Source of the DNA: an uncultured Pseudomonadales bacterium
GTDB lineage: Bacteria; Patescibacteriota; Microgenomatia; UBA1400; CAYNFZ01
Length of the DNA: 64,000 bases
Assembly (NCBI GenBank): GCA_964398525.1
Contig: CAYNMS010000003.1
Coordinates: 547-64,546 of the forward strand
Direction of reading: 5' to 3'
Shown here: one piece after another, positions 34,967 to 44,025 of the stretch
Layout of the letters: every line of letters begins with the position of its first letter
Position numbering within the stretch: position 1 is the stretch's first letter
Program-made: the position numbers and the translations under genes
Notes under the pieces: model-generated
Database searches by the model: none
Seen by the model: only the letters and a program-made list of their open reading frames with translations
What the model was told of the DNA's origin: nothing

Positions 34967-35419
34967 ATGTTATCCCTCGCCCATTCGGCTACCGGCGCCT
35001 TTATCGCTACCGCCGTTCCCAACCCTCTCATTTCCACACCCTTGATTTTGGCCTCCCATTATCTAGAGGATTACATTCTTCACTGGGATGTCGGCACTGG
35101 CCTGAGTGCAGGCACTAGAACCAGGTCAGACGCGATCAAATACGAATTCATCGACCTTCTAATAACCATTATTTTTGTTTATCTTATTTTTCAATTAGAT
35201 TCGTCTACTTTAAACCTCCACGCTTGGTATGGTGCATTTGTGGCCTTGGTACCTGATTTTCTCGAGGCGCCCCGCAACTTTCTCGGCAAAGAACCGGCAT
35301 GGCTCAAACCCTTAAACCGCTTTCACAACCGCTTCCACCACTCAACTCCCAACATCCTCTTGGGGCTCACTCCCCAAATCTTGCTTTTAATTGCTATTGT
35401 CGCCCTATCCAAGTTTTAG
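34967..35419 (+). CDS. Membrane protein, putative metal-binding hydrolase
   Basis: HSATGA, SHYLEDYILHWD, PDFLE, HNRFHH. Confidence 0.65.
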   Translation: MLSLAHSATGAFIATAVPNPLISTPLILASHYLEDYILHWDVGTGLSAGTRTRSDAIKYEFIDLLITIIFVYLIFQLDSSTLNLHAWYGAFVALVPDFLEAPRNFLGKEPAWLKPLNRFHNRFHHSTPNILLGLTPQILLLIAIVALSKF

Positions 35420-35976
35420 CCCACTCGCTCAACGTATTCGCCGGTGCGCGTATCCACCCGAACCATATCTCCCTGATTGACAAACAAAGGTACTTTTACT
35501 CTAAAACCATTTTTAAGCGTGGCTTCCTTGTAAACATTACTGGCGCTATCTCCCTTTTCTCCTGGAGCTGCCTCTGCTACTTCAAATTCCATCTTAGAGG
35601 GTAAATCCACATCCAAGACTTTCTCTTCCCACATTCTCAAAGCCACTTCTTCTCCTTCTTTTAAATACCTGCCACTCTCTCCAATCACCCTATCAGCCAC
35701 TTCCAGTTGTTCAAAACTGACCGGATCCATAAACACCCACGAATCCCCGTCTTTATACAAGTACTGAAAGTTCTTCTTGTTAACATCAATCTCTTCTACT
35801 TTTTCACCCGACTTGTAAGTTTTACTCAATAGCCTTCCATCGCTTAAATTTCTCACCTTAACTTTAATCGTTCCCCCTCCCCTGGATAAATGGGTGTGTT
35901 TATATTCCACTACTTTAAAAGGTAGATTGCCTTCCTCAAAACAGGTGCCGGCTCGAAGCTTAGTTACTGAAATCAT
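35416..35976 (-). CDS. efp: Elongation factor P
   Basis: KGDSA...KEATL, VPLFVNQGD, VDTRTGEYVER; loop LSRGG. Confidence 0.95.
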   Translation of the reverse strand: MISVTKLRAGTCFEEGNLPFKVVEYKHTHLSRGGGTIKVKVRNLSDGRLLSKTYKSGEKVEEIDVNKKNFQYLYKDGDSWVFMDPVSFEQLEVADRVIGESGRYLKEGEEVALRMWEEKVLDVDLPSKMEFEVAEAAPGEKGDSASNVYKEATLKNGFRVKVPLFVNQGDMVRVDTRTGEYVERVG

Positions 35977-36019
35977 GCTGGCTATTCTATCAGTCGCTCG
36001 TGTTAAAATACAACCCGGT

Positions 36020-36105
36020 GCCGCGGTGGCGGAACAGGCAGACGCGTAGGTCTCAAAAACCTATGGAGCTAACACTCCATGTGAGTTCGATTCTCACCCG
36101 CGGCA
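36020..36105 (+). tRNA. tRNA-Leu (anticodon CAA), CCA not encoded
   Basis: GCCGCGG/CCGCGGC acceptor stem, TAGGT-ctCAAaa-ACCTA, long variable arm, GTGAG-TTCGATT-CTCAC. Confidence 0.95.
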
Positions 36106-36171
36106 CAGCAATGTCTTGGCTTTTTCTTTCTCGCTCTTTACCCCTCAATCTAGTTCTGCCATACTTTCCCT

Positions 36172-36414
36172 ATGGATCAACTCTCTGCCACAGTTGTCAA
36201 TCTTGTTTCCGTCGACTCAATCTGGTCAATCGCCATCCGTGGTCTCATTTGGCTTTTGTTTGTCACCATTTTTGCCATCGGTGTAGCCAAGGGAAAATCA
36301 CAGTCTCGCATCAAAGCCGAAGCTGGCTTTTTTCTTTTGTTTATAATTTTAACCGCCATCACTATCTATCTTGCTTTTGGAATTGTTCCCACTCTCACCA
36401 CTCTGCCTGACTAA
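36172..36414 (+). CDS. Small two-TM membrane protein
   Basis: Two hydrophobic helices; abuts the dnaB stop. Confidence 0.65.
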   Translation: MDQLSATVVNLVSVDSIWSIAIRGLIWLLFVTIFAIGVAKGKSQSRIKAEAGFFLLFIILTAITIYLAFGIVPTLTTLPD

Positions 36415-37724
36415 CTTTCGGTCCGCGTTTCCATTGAATAAAACCTTATTCTGTTGCCTCTGAATCTTAGACTGATGGTTCTTATCGGTCCATTTCTATG
36501 TTTGGCTACCACCAGTTTCATATTTTCCAAGTCTTCACTGTCCTCACGATACAAAAACATCACCACATCTGCGTCTTGCTCAATCGCCCCTGATTCTCTC
36601 AAATCTGCCAACTGAGGCTGACTACTTCCTCTATGCTCCACTGCTCGATTCAATTGTGATAGTACCAAAATCGGTATCTTTAATTCCCTGGCTAGATTTT
36701 TCAACCCCTGAGAAATCTCTGCTACTTCCTGGACTCGATTGTCCATGTGCCTTGAAGGTTGCACCAGAGTCAAATAATCTACCACAATCAATTTCAAACC
36801 ATGCTCACTCATGAGTCTCCTGGCTTTTGTCCTCATCTCCATTAAGCTTGCCCCTGGAGTGTCATCAATATAAATCGGGCAATCCGCTAATATTCCCATC
36901 GCATCCGAAAGTTTGGCATATTCTTCCTCCCCGAGTCTTCCGGTCTTCAACTTCCAGGCATCGATGTCCGCTTGTGCTACCAGCAACCGGTCAATCAATT
37001 CTTCTTTGCTCATTTCCAGGCTAAAAAATCCTACCGGCTGATTCAGCCTAACGGCCACATGTTGAGCAATGTTTAGAGAAAAAGCCGTCTTTCCCATTCC
37101 CGGCCTAGCCGCCAATATTATCATGTTTGATGGCTGCATTCCGCTTAATGTGTTATCCAAATCCACGAAACCGGTCGCCACTCCTCTCATACCACCGGCG
37201 GTTTTATGGAGTTCATCTAATCTTTCAAAACTGTCTGCTAATGCGTCTTTAATTGGTACAAACGATTGCTTTAAATGTGTCTGTGACAAATTAAATATCC
37301 TGTGCTCTGCGTTATCCAAAACATCTTCGACACCTTTCCCTTCATCAAACGCCAACTCATTAATCTGTGAGGACAAACTCACCAGTTCTCGTTTTGTATA
37401 GCTATCCCGAATTATCTTGGCATAATGTTTTACATGCGCACTCGTGGGCACCTTTTCTGTCAAACTCGAAAGATATGCCGACCCACCTATCGCTTTTAGT
37501 CTTTTGGCTCTTTTTAATTTTTCCGACAACGTCAGTAAATCAATCGGTTCTCGGTCTTCATACAATTCCAACATTGCCCTAAAAATATCCCCATGACTTT
37601 CTTTATAAAAATTCTCAGGCTTTAACATATCTGCCACTGCTGTGACTGCCTCGCGATCCATCAACAAAGCACCCAACACACTTTCTTCAGCTTCGATATT
37701 GTGCGGCGGAATTTTAGGACTCAT
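36411..37724 (-). CDS. dnaB: Replicative DNA helicase
   Basis: PPHNIEAEESVLG, AARPGMGKT, FSLEM, LSQLNR, DLRESGAIEQDAD, KHRNGP. Confidence 0.97.
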   Translation of the reverse strand: MSPKIPPHNIEAEESVLGALLMDREAVTAVADMLKPENFYKESHGDIFRAMLELYEDREPIDLLTLSEKLKRAKRLKAIGGSAYLSSLTEKVPTSAHVKHYAKIIRDSYTKRELVSLSSQINELAFDEGKGVEDVLDNAEHRIFNLSQTHLKQSFVPIKDALADSFERLDELHKTAGGMRGVATGFVDLDNTLSGMQPSNMIILAARPGMGKTAFSLNIAQHVAVRLNQPVGFFSLEMSKEELIDRLLVAQADIDAWKLKTGRLGEEEYAKLSDAMGILADCPIYIDDTPGASLMEMRTKARRLMSEHGLKLIVVDYLTLVQPSRHMDNRVQEVAEISQGLKNLARELKIPILVLSQLNRAVEHRGSSQPQLADLRESGAIEQDADVVMFLYREDSEDLENMKLVVAKHRNGPIRTISLRFRGNRIRFYSMETRTES

Positions 37725-37728
37725 ATTT

Positions 37729-38388
37729 TTACGAGGTCGTCAAAACCACTACCTCCATCTCTTCCGGTAAACTGGTTTTGTTGACACTTAGCTTGTCACT
37801 TCTTTGTGCTTCCTTGCCCAGTTCGGCCAGGAATTCTTCAACGCTCGACAGCTGGCCAAACCTTTCTTGGTCGTGTTTCTCACTTTTGTAATGCATCGGC
37901 ACCACAATCGACGGCTCAATTGCAGAAATAATTTCTACTGCTTCTTTAGGATTTATTGTGAATATTCCCCCAACCGGACACAACAACACATCCACTCCGT
38001 TTAAATCACTTACCGCGCTCTCAGAAAGTTTATGCCCCAAATCTCCCAGGTGAACAACGCTCACACCATCTATCAAAATTGAATAGACCACATTCTCACC
38101 CCTCTCCTCCCCCTTCTTATCGTCATGATATGTCTTAACGCCAAACACACTCACTCCTAACACCTCATATTCACCTGGCGTATCTATCACGAAAGGGTTC
38201 GTTCTCCTGGCAGTTCCCGTTATTCCCTTCCAGTTATTATGATCAAAATGGTCATGCGACACCGTGACTACATCCGCACTCAATCTGGGTAAACTAAATC
38301 CCACTTCTTTTTCAAATGGATCGGTAATCACACTTGAATTTTTGCCTTTCAGCTTAAAACACGAGTGGCCTAAATAAGATATGTCCAT
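37729..38388 (-). CDS. MBL-fold metallo-hydrolase
   Basis: LGHSCF, SHDHFDH, HLGDLG, VPMHY. Confidence 0.9.
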   Translation of the reverse strand: MDISYLGHSCFKLKGKNSSVITDPFEKEVGFSLPRLSADVVTVSHDHFDHNNWKGITGTARRTNPFVIDTPGEYEVLGVSVFGVKTYHDDKKGEERGENVVYSILIDGVSVVHLGDLGHKLSESAVSDLNGVDVLLCPVGGIFTINPKEAVEIISAIEPSIVVPMHYKSEKHDQERFGQLSSVEEFLAELGKEAQRSDKLSVNKTSLPEEMEVVVLTTS

Positions 38389-38456
38389 GAAAGCCTCTAC
38401 TAATTACTTCTCATTATTCCCGCTTCAATTGGGTCCCCATTGTATCTCATTTTATC

Positions 38457-38486
38457 TTGACAATCTAGCCAATAGCTTGCTAAACT
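38457..38486 (+). promoter_or_regulatory. sigma70-type promoter
   Basis: TTGACA-18 nt-TAAACT with TGn extension. Confidence 0.55.
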
Positions 38487-38558
38487 GCATCGAAACATAG
38501 GGGAAAGTCCACTTTATTTTTTTCCATTATACCTACTCTGCTCGTCTAGATCCCAAAC

Positions 38559-39023
38559 ATGAAAAAGGAAGTCGTTTTTGCCATACTCATCGGTTTTGGT
38601 ATTGGTCTATTGATTACCTTCGGCATCTACCAAGCCCAACAGGCATACCAAGTCAATAACTCTAATCCGCCCCAAAACCCAGACCAAACTCTAGAACAAG
38701 CTCCGCTTTCTGCCTCAAATCTAGAATTGGAATTAACCTCACCCACCAAAGATAGCGTCCTTGAATCAGCCAGTATCGAACTGGTTGGCAACACGGCTCC
38801 ATTTGCCTATGTTACTGCCGTTTCCACTTCAGATGAAAGTTTTACTCAAGCCGATTCCAATGGTCAATTTTTACTTCCTTTCACTCTAGACCAGGGCGCC
38901 AATCTTATCACTCTCACTTCAGTTTCTTCAGGCGAAACCACTTCACTCGATCGCCTTCTGGTCTTTTCACCCCCCACTCCCCAAGCCACCCCTTCAGCAA
39001 ATAATCAAACCACCGATGACTAA
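38559..39023 (+). CDS. Membrane-anchored Ig-like domain protein
   Basis: N-terminal TM; LTSP...V.G.T...ADSNGQF...L..GAN.I. Confidence 0.7.
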   Translation: MKKEVVFAILIGFGIGLLITFGIYQAQQAYQVNNSNPPQNPDQTLEQAPLSASNLELELTSPTKDSVLESASIELVGNTAPFAYVTAVSTSDESFTQADSNGQFLLPFTLDQGANLITLTSVSSGETTSLDRLLVFSPPTPQATPSANNQTTDD

Positions 39024-39711
39024 TTTTCGCCCTATCATTTTAACCATATTTCTCATCACCCAAGCTTTCCTTGTGCCCTTTGTATTTGCCCAGGATTCAG
39101 CCACCCCCTCTTCAACCCTTGACCAAACCATTAAAGAAAACCTCAAGCAGCGTATCCAACGTGCCATCGCTGGCCAAAACCAAGCTGACCAAAGTGCCTG
39201 GGTTGGCACTATTCAAACCCTCACTTCAGACCTTCTCACAATTACCTCAAGTGACATGCCTCATCTTGTCTCAGTCGATGACACCACCATCTTTCTCCGT
39301 GACACCACCAACATTGACCTGCAAGAATTGGCAATTGGTACCGCTGTCATTGCCATTGGCACCATCGACGACAAAGACATTCTCACTGCCACAAAAATCA
39401 TCGATATTCGTCAGTTGCCTCAAAAAAGCAGCAAACAAACCCTTACTGGCTTCATCAGTGAAATTAACCCCCGAGCCACTGCCCTGACCTTAACCTCCGA
39501 GATCGGTGAAACCTTCGACTTAACTCTTCCCTCAACAGCCAGCATCTCAGCCAACTTCCCCCCTCAACCTCTTCCGGCCCGTGATTTAAACCTAGACGAT
39601 CAAGTTTTGCTCATTTATTCCCAAAGCGACTCTGCCACCCCTGATCTTGAAATCGAACTCATTCACCGTATCAGTGCCTCCGTTGCCTCACCTTCAGCTA
39701 ATGTCCGCTAG
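39016..39711 (+). CDS. Secreted OB-fold (DUF5666-like) protein
   Basis: Signal peptide VFA|Q; repeated G.I...T.....L..G..V pattern. Confidence 0.6.
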   Translation: MTNFRPIILTIFLITQAFLVPFVFAQDSATPSSTLDQTIKENLKQRIQRAIAGQNQADQSAWVGTIQTLTSDLLTITSSDMPHLVSVDDTTIFLRDTTNIDLQELAIGTAVIAIGTIDDKDILTATKIIDIRQLPQKSSKQTLTGFISEINPRATALTLTSEIGETFDLTLPSTASISANFPPQPLPARDLNLDDQVLLIYSQSDSATPDLEIELIHRISASVASPSANVR

Positions 39712-40711
39712 CCGTCTCAAACAGCTCAAATCCTTTTTCTCTCCCTCACTTGATGCCTTTTTTCTAAACGACCCCTCTCAAATTCGCTATTACACTTCCC
39801 TCCCCTTTACTCCGATTGCTGGTGACACCTATCTTTTGGTTACCCCTAAAACTTCTCTTCTCTTCCACTCCCCTCTCCTCAATCTTACTCCCCCTTCCCA
39901 CGTTAAGTTAGTCACTCTAACTCTGATAAATATCAAAAAGAACTTGAGTCGGTATTCAAACCTGGGAGTCCACTCCTCCCTACCTTACCACCTATCCAAA
40001 CAACTCCCCTCAACTCTTACCCTAGCCGACAAAATCCTTTCCAAGCCCTTAGTTACAAAATCTTCCCAAGAAATCAAATCCATCCGTCACGCCTGTAAGA
40101 TAACTAAATCTGCCATTTACTGGGCCAAAGAACAACTCATTCACCGGCCAACTGAGGCTGATTTAGCTCAAGCCCTTAAGACAAAACTTTTCTCCCTCGG
40201 CGCCCAAGCATTAGCCTTTGAACCAATTGTGGCTTTTGGCTCTCACACTGCCTCTGCCCACCACCTTTCTTCCGACCGCAAATACCACCCCCACGATCTC
40301 GTTCTGATTGACGCTGGCGCCCAAGTCAATGGCTTTTGTGCCGACATGACCCGCACATTTCTACCCACCTCCCCTACCCCCCATCAACTTCGCCTGTCAC
40401 AAGCCGTAATGTCAGCTTATCAAGCCGCCAGTAAACTTTTGTCCGGCGCCACTGATTTCAGTCAAATCGATTTTAAAGTTAGAAACAGTTTTAAAAAATC
40501 CGGCTTGTCCAAATATTTCATTCACACCAGCGGCCATGGGCTCGGTTTATCTATTCACGAACCTCCTAGCCTATATCACCAAAACCCTTTTCCCATAACT
40601 ACCAACATTGTCTTTACTCTTGAACCAGGTTTATACTATCGCCAAGCCGGCTTTCGTCACGAAGACACCTGGCTAACTACAACCGATAAACCTCAAAACC
40701 TGACTGCATGA
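39701..40711 (+). CDS. M24-family Xaa-Pro aminopeptidase
   Basis: DAGA...ADMTRT, HTSGHGLGLSIHE, TLEPGLY, RHED. Confidence 0.9.
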   Translation: MSASRLKQLKSFFSPSLDAFFLNDPSQIRYYTSLPFTPIAGDTYLLVTPKTSLLFHSPLLNLTPPSHVKLVTLTLINIKKNLSRYSNLGVHSSLPYHLSKQLPSTLTLADKILSKPLVTKSSQEIKSIRHACKITKSAIYWAKEQLIHRPTEADLAQALKTKLFSLGAQALAFEPIVAFGSHTASAHHLSSDRKYHPHDLVLIDAGAQVNGFCADMTRTFLPTSPTPHQLRLSQAVMSAYQAASKLLSGATDFSQIDFKVRNSFKKSGLSKYFIHTSGHGLGLSIHEPPSLYHQNPFPITTNIVFTLEPGLYYRQAGFRHEDTWLTTTDKPQNLTA

Positions 40712-41217
40712 CACCAACCCTCCTAGAGCCACACCAACACCAACAACTCAGAAACCTCAGACTCTTAAGTCTGAAATTAGACCCAGACGCTTTCTTATCC
40801 ACTTACGAGTATGAATCCCAGTACCCCGAGCACTATTTTCGTCAAAAAATTTACCAAAGCCTTCAAGCCCCATGCTATGGCTTCTATGGAATTTTTCAGC
40901 CAGACTTAATTGCCACCGCCCAACTTTCTCCCATGTATCTTCAAAAACAAAAGCACTTAGCCAAGATTTACGAACTCTATGTTCATCCCGACTTTCGCCA
41001 TCAGGGACTCGCAAAAAAACTCCTCAACTATCTAATCAAAAAAGCCAGACTCGATCCTCAACTTGAGGCAATCCACCTAAGTGTTGTTTCTACCAACAAA
41101 CCTGCTATTTCCCTTTACACCTCTCTTGGTTTTCAACATCTAGTTACCCTACCCGATGTAATCAAACAAGCAAATAATCAATATGTGGGTAAGGCATATT
41201 ACTATTTACCTCTTTAA
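40708..41217 (+). CDS. GNAT-family acetyltransferase
   Basis: LYVHPDFRHQGLAKKLL, N.PAISLYTSLGF. Confidence 0.9.
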   Translation: MTPTLLEPHQHQQLRNLRLLSLKLDPDAFLSTYEYESQYPEHYFRQKIYQSLQAPCYGFYGIFQPDLIATAQLSPMYLQKQKHLAKIYELYVHPDFRHQGLAKKLLNYLIKKARLDPQLEAIHLSVVSTNKPAISLYTSLGFQHLVTLPDVIKQANNQYVGKAYYYLPL

Positions 41218-41270
41218 GTCAATGATTATTATCAATTTTATTTTAAGCGATTATGCTAACATAGTTAACT

Positions 41271-41567
41271 ATGCAAAAATTTCCTGACAAAAAAGACCAA
41301 CAACTAATTAAGGCCTTTTCTCTGCTTAAAAACGAGAAAGAAATTCAAAGTTTTCTTCGCGACCTTTTCACTCTCGCCGAACTCAAAGAAGCCTCCAATC
41401 GGTTTCATATCGCCACTCTGCTCTGGCAAGGCGGTATGTCTTACATAGAAATTGCCAAGGAATGCGGTACCTCAACCACCACCGTCACTCGCGTCAACGA
41501 ATGGCTATTCAAACGTGGCGGTAACGGCTATCTTAATGTTCTCAAACGCCTCTATCCCCAAAGCTAA
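41271..41567 (+). CDS. TrpR-like YerC/YecD (HisR-type) regulator
   Basis: FLRDLFTLAEL...R, SYIEIAKECGTSTTTVTRVN, GY. Confidence 0.9.
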   Translation: MQKFPDKKDQQLIKAFSLLKNEKEIQSFLRDLFTLAELKEASNRFHIATLLWQGGMSYIEIAKECGTSTTTVTRVNEWLFKRGGNGYLNVLKRLYPQS

Positions 41568-41586
41568 ATCAAACTAATCCTAAGCA

Positions 41587-41614
41587 TTGACACGCTGTTA
41601 TTTACTGCTATAAT
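41587..41614 (+). promoter_or_regulatory. Consensus sigma70 promoter of the His-regulated operon
   Basis: TTGACA-16 nt-TATAAT, with TG extended -10. Confidence 0.85.
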
Positions 41615-41639
41615 CATGCCATCTTACTAACACACTAAA

Positions 41640-41702
41640 ATGTATTTAACCAACATTATTCAGTCAAATCTTCATCACCACCTCCAATCTCGGAGGTTGT
41701 AA
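41640..41702 (+). CDS. Histidine attenuator leader peptide (MYLTNIIQSNLHHHLQSRRL)
   Basis: Three consecutive His codons CAT CAC CAC overlapping the first stem segment. Confidence 0.8.
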   Translation: MYLTNIIQSNLHHHLQSRRL

Positions 41703-41762
41703 TTTTAGCGATTTTTTATTTTTGTTTTGACTTACCAACCTCCGACACCTCGGAGGTTTTTT
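41680..41762 (+). promoter_or_regulatory. Transcription attenuator (1:2, 2:3 antiterminator, 3:4 terminator)
   Basis: ACCTCC/GGAGGT (41680-41697); TCGGAGGTTG (41690-41699) pairs with CAACCTCCGA (41736-41745); terminator AACCTCCGA-cacc-TCGGAGGTT plus T run. Confidence 0.85.
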
Positions 41763-41791
41763 GTGTTTATTTAACAATCACCATACTTAAT

Positions 41792-42556
41792 ATGACTTAT
41801 TCAATTTCTATATTGCGACCAGCTGGAAACGATACTGCTTTAGTTCAAACCAAGCCGGCCAATAAACAATTCAAATCACGTCTAAATCGTTCAATCATGA
41901 GTTTATTTCCTCAGGTTGAACAGGTTGGTTTTTATTACCAAGCTCAAGATAAATACTATTTGGAAATGGCTGGTGATGAATTTTGTGGAAACGCTGCACG
42001 AAGTGCCACTTTTCTTTTTCTCAAAGGAAACCCTGGTTCACTTACTCTCACTTTTCCCAATCTAAATCTCACCCTCAAAACAGGTATTAAAAAACTCAAC
42101 ACCGCTTGGACACAAATACCATTTGACACCTCCCAAGCAATTTATAACCAAAAAGAATATCAAGTTGCCAATATTTATGGTATTAAACAAGTTCTAGTAC
42201 CTCTGACATCACCCAAGCAGGATTTCAAAACCAAAGCCAAAACTATTTTATCCCAACTAAATTTTCTTCAAACACTTCCCGCCTCTGGTGTGATTTTTTA
42301 TCGACTCTCAGTTCAAGCAGCAGAAATAGTTCCCGTCATCTGGGTGCGCGACATTCAAACCTTCTTTGTTGAGACAGCTTGCGCTTCAGGTTCAGCGGCT
42401 TTAGGTCTTATGTTGTCCAATCAAACTCCTACAATTTTTTCCTTTCCAGTAAAACAACCTAGTCAACAGTACCTTTACGTCTCCTGCAAAACCCAAAAGT
42501 CACTTAGTATTGATGGTCCAATCCAATTTATTACTTCTCAATCTTTAACTTTCTAA
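41792..42556 (+). CDS. DapF-superfamily epimerase, CntK-like histidine racemase
   Basis: PAGNDTALV, EQVGF, LEMAGDEFCGNA, ETACASGSAALG (two catalytic Cys). Confidence 0.8.
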   Translation: MTYSISILRPAGNDTALVQTKPANKQFKSRLNRSIMSLFPQVEQVGFYYQAQDKYYLEMAGDEFCGNAARSATFLFLKGNPGSLTLTFPNLNLTLKTGIKKLNTAWTQIPFDTSQAIYNQKEYQVANIYGIKQVLVPLTSPKQDFKTKAKTILSQLNFLQTLPASGVIFYRLSVQAAEIVPVIWVRDIQTFFVETACASGSAALGLMLSNQTPTIFSFPVKQPSQQYLYVSCKTQKSLSIDGPIQFITSQSLTF

Positions 42557-42558
42557 CT

Positions 42559-44025
42559 ATGTCAGAACGACCTCTTTTTTCCAATACATTTTCCAAATTA
42601 ATGACTGAAAGGGATGTCAATCAGAAACGCCTAGAGGACATTTTTTCTCTGAAACCACCTCAAAGATCATCGTTCAGAGAAATCCGTGAGTTGCTTCCAG
42701 AATTAAGCAACAACCAACTATATAGTTGTTTTTATTCAACTGAAGAGCCAGATAGCCAGAAACTCGCTCAGATCATCAAATCAGAATTACTACCCTGGCT
42801 CCAAACCAATGCTCCTCTTCCAGTCCTTACCCTAAAACAGCTTAGTCGTTTATCCCAATTTTCTCCAGAGTCATTAAAACGACAAATTAGCCAAAATCAA
42901 GTTACTATCGAATTAGAGTCAGAAACCTATCTAGTTGGACTTTCTCAAACTGCTCCAAACACAAATCCTAAGCAGGCAATTAAAAAGGGTCGTTACTTTT
43001 CCCGACCACCAGGCGGAGGACCGGCACAAAAAATCCGGAACTCTTCGCGTCGAATTAAAAATGCCATCAAGAAAATAGCTTTAAACAATACTCCAATCAC
43101 CCTTACACCCCTATCTAGTTTAGATCTTGACAGTAAAATTGCCGATTCAATTGATCCTAATCCTCTCGACTACCTAAGCCGTCAATTGATTGAATCGCTT
43201 AAGATACGTGCAGGAAAAAAATGGCTTTATGATCAAAATTCCTTACCTAACTTCAAGGCAGATTTAGCTGCACTTAGGCGAGATGAACCGGTTGATTTTG
43301 TCCTCTGGAATTGTCTTGAGTTTTCTTGGATAAACAACGGTTACAATCAATACCCCAGTTGTGAGGTTAACTCCGATCTCTCCACAGCAATTTCAGTCTA
43401 TTTTCAACCTCAAATTACTCAATTTGCGCAAAACCTATTAACACTTGGACCGGCTCGGTTCACCATACTTACTCCCAGTAGTGAAGTAACTGATCCCAAA
43501 ATCTGGTCCTACACTCAATCCCTCTCAGACCGACTTAAACTATTATCTAATACCACCAAACAGCTTCAACTTGCTTATAGCTCCATACCCTCATTTCAAG
43601 TTCAAACCTGGAGTCAGTTTCTTGCTAGTCAAGGAGAGTTCACCAATCCGATTGATTTTACTGATTTTGCCCAAACACTCATCACTCAAAGTCCCCAACT
43701 AGAAACACTGAGGCAACAAGCCATCAAAAGTGACCAACAATACTTGAATCAATTCGGTATCAACCTCAAACCTGAAGTACTTCGTCAATCTGCAATTCGT
43801 TATTTCGCGATGTACTACGCAGAAGGTTTAGCTTTTGCCCAGCTCAGAAGACAAGGAAAAAGAATTGTTCTCATTAATTTGGAAGAATATCGAGTACCTC
43901 AACTTACAAATCTTGGCTCGGCTGCCACCCTTCCCATTATTACTCCGGTTAGCTCCGAGGAAATTAATAATTATTATCAGTGGAAAAAACAATATATTCG
44001 TCAAACTAAATACACAAAGGAATAA
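42559..44025 (+). CDS. Uncharacterised protein: N-terminal HTH-like region plus putative Rossmannoid (CDPS/isocyanide-synthase-like) domain
   Basis: LTLKQLSRLSQFSPESLKRQI HTH-like; PVDFVLWNC...ARFTIL...AIRYFAMYYAEG; fold call is tentative. Confidence 0.45.
   Translation: MSERPLFSNTFSKLMTERDVNQKRLEDIFSLKPPQRSSFREIRELLPELSNNQLYSCFYSTEEPDSQKLAQIIKSELLPWLQTNAPLPVLTLKQLSRLSQFSPESLKRQISQNQVTIELESETYLVGLSQTAPNTNPKQAIKKGRYFSRPPGGGPAQKIRNSSRRIKNAIKKIALNNTPITLTPLSSLDLDSKIADSIDPNPLDYLSRQLIESLKIRAGKKWLYDQNSLPNFKADLAALRRDEPVDFVLWNCLEFSWINNGYNQYPSCEVNSDLSTAISVYFQPQITQFAQNLLTLGPARFTILTPSSEVTDPKIWSYTQSLSDRLKLLSNTTKQLQLAYSSIPSFQVQTWSQFLASQGEFTNPIDFTDFAQTLITQSPQLETLRQQAIKSDQQYLNQFGINLKPEVLRQSAIRYFAMYYAEGLAFAQLRRQGKRIVLINLEEYRVPQLTNLGSAATLPIITPVSSEEINNYYQWKKQYIRQTKYTKE

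Noticed and set aside
36000-36410. 136-aa ORF
   Set aside because: Overlaps tRNA-Leu and the better 36172-36414 ORF.
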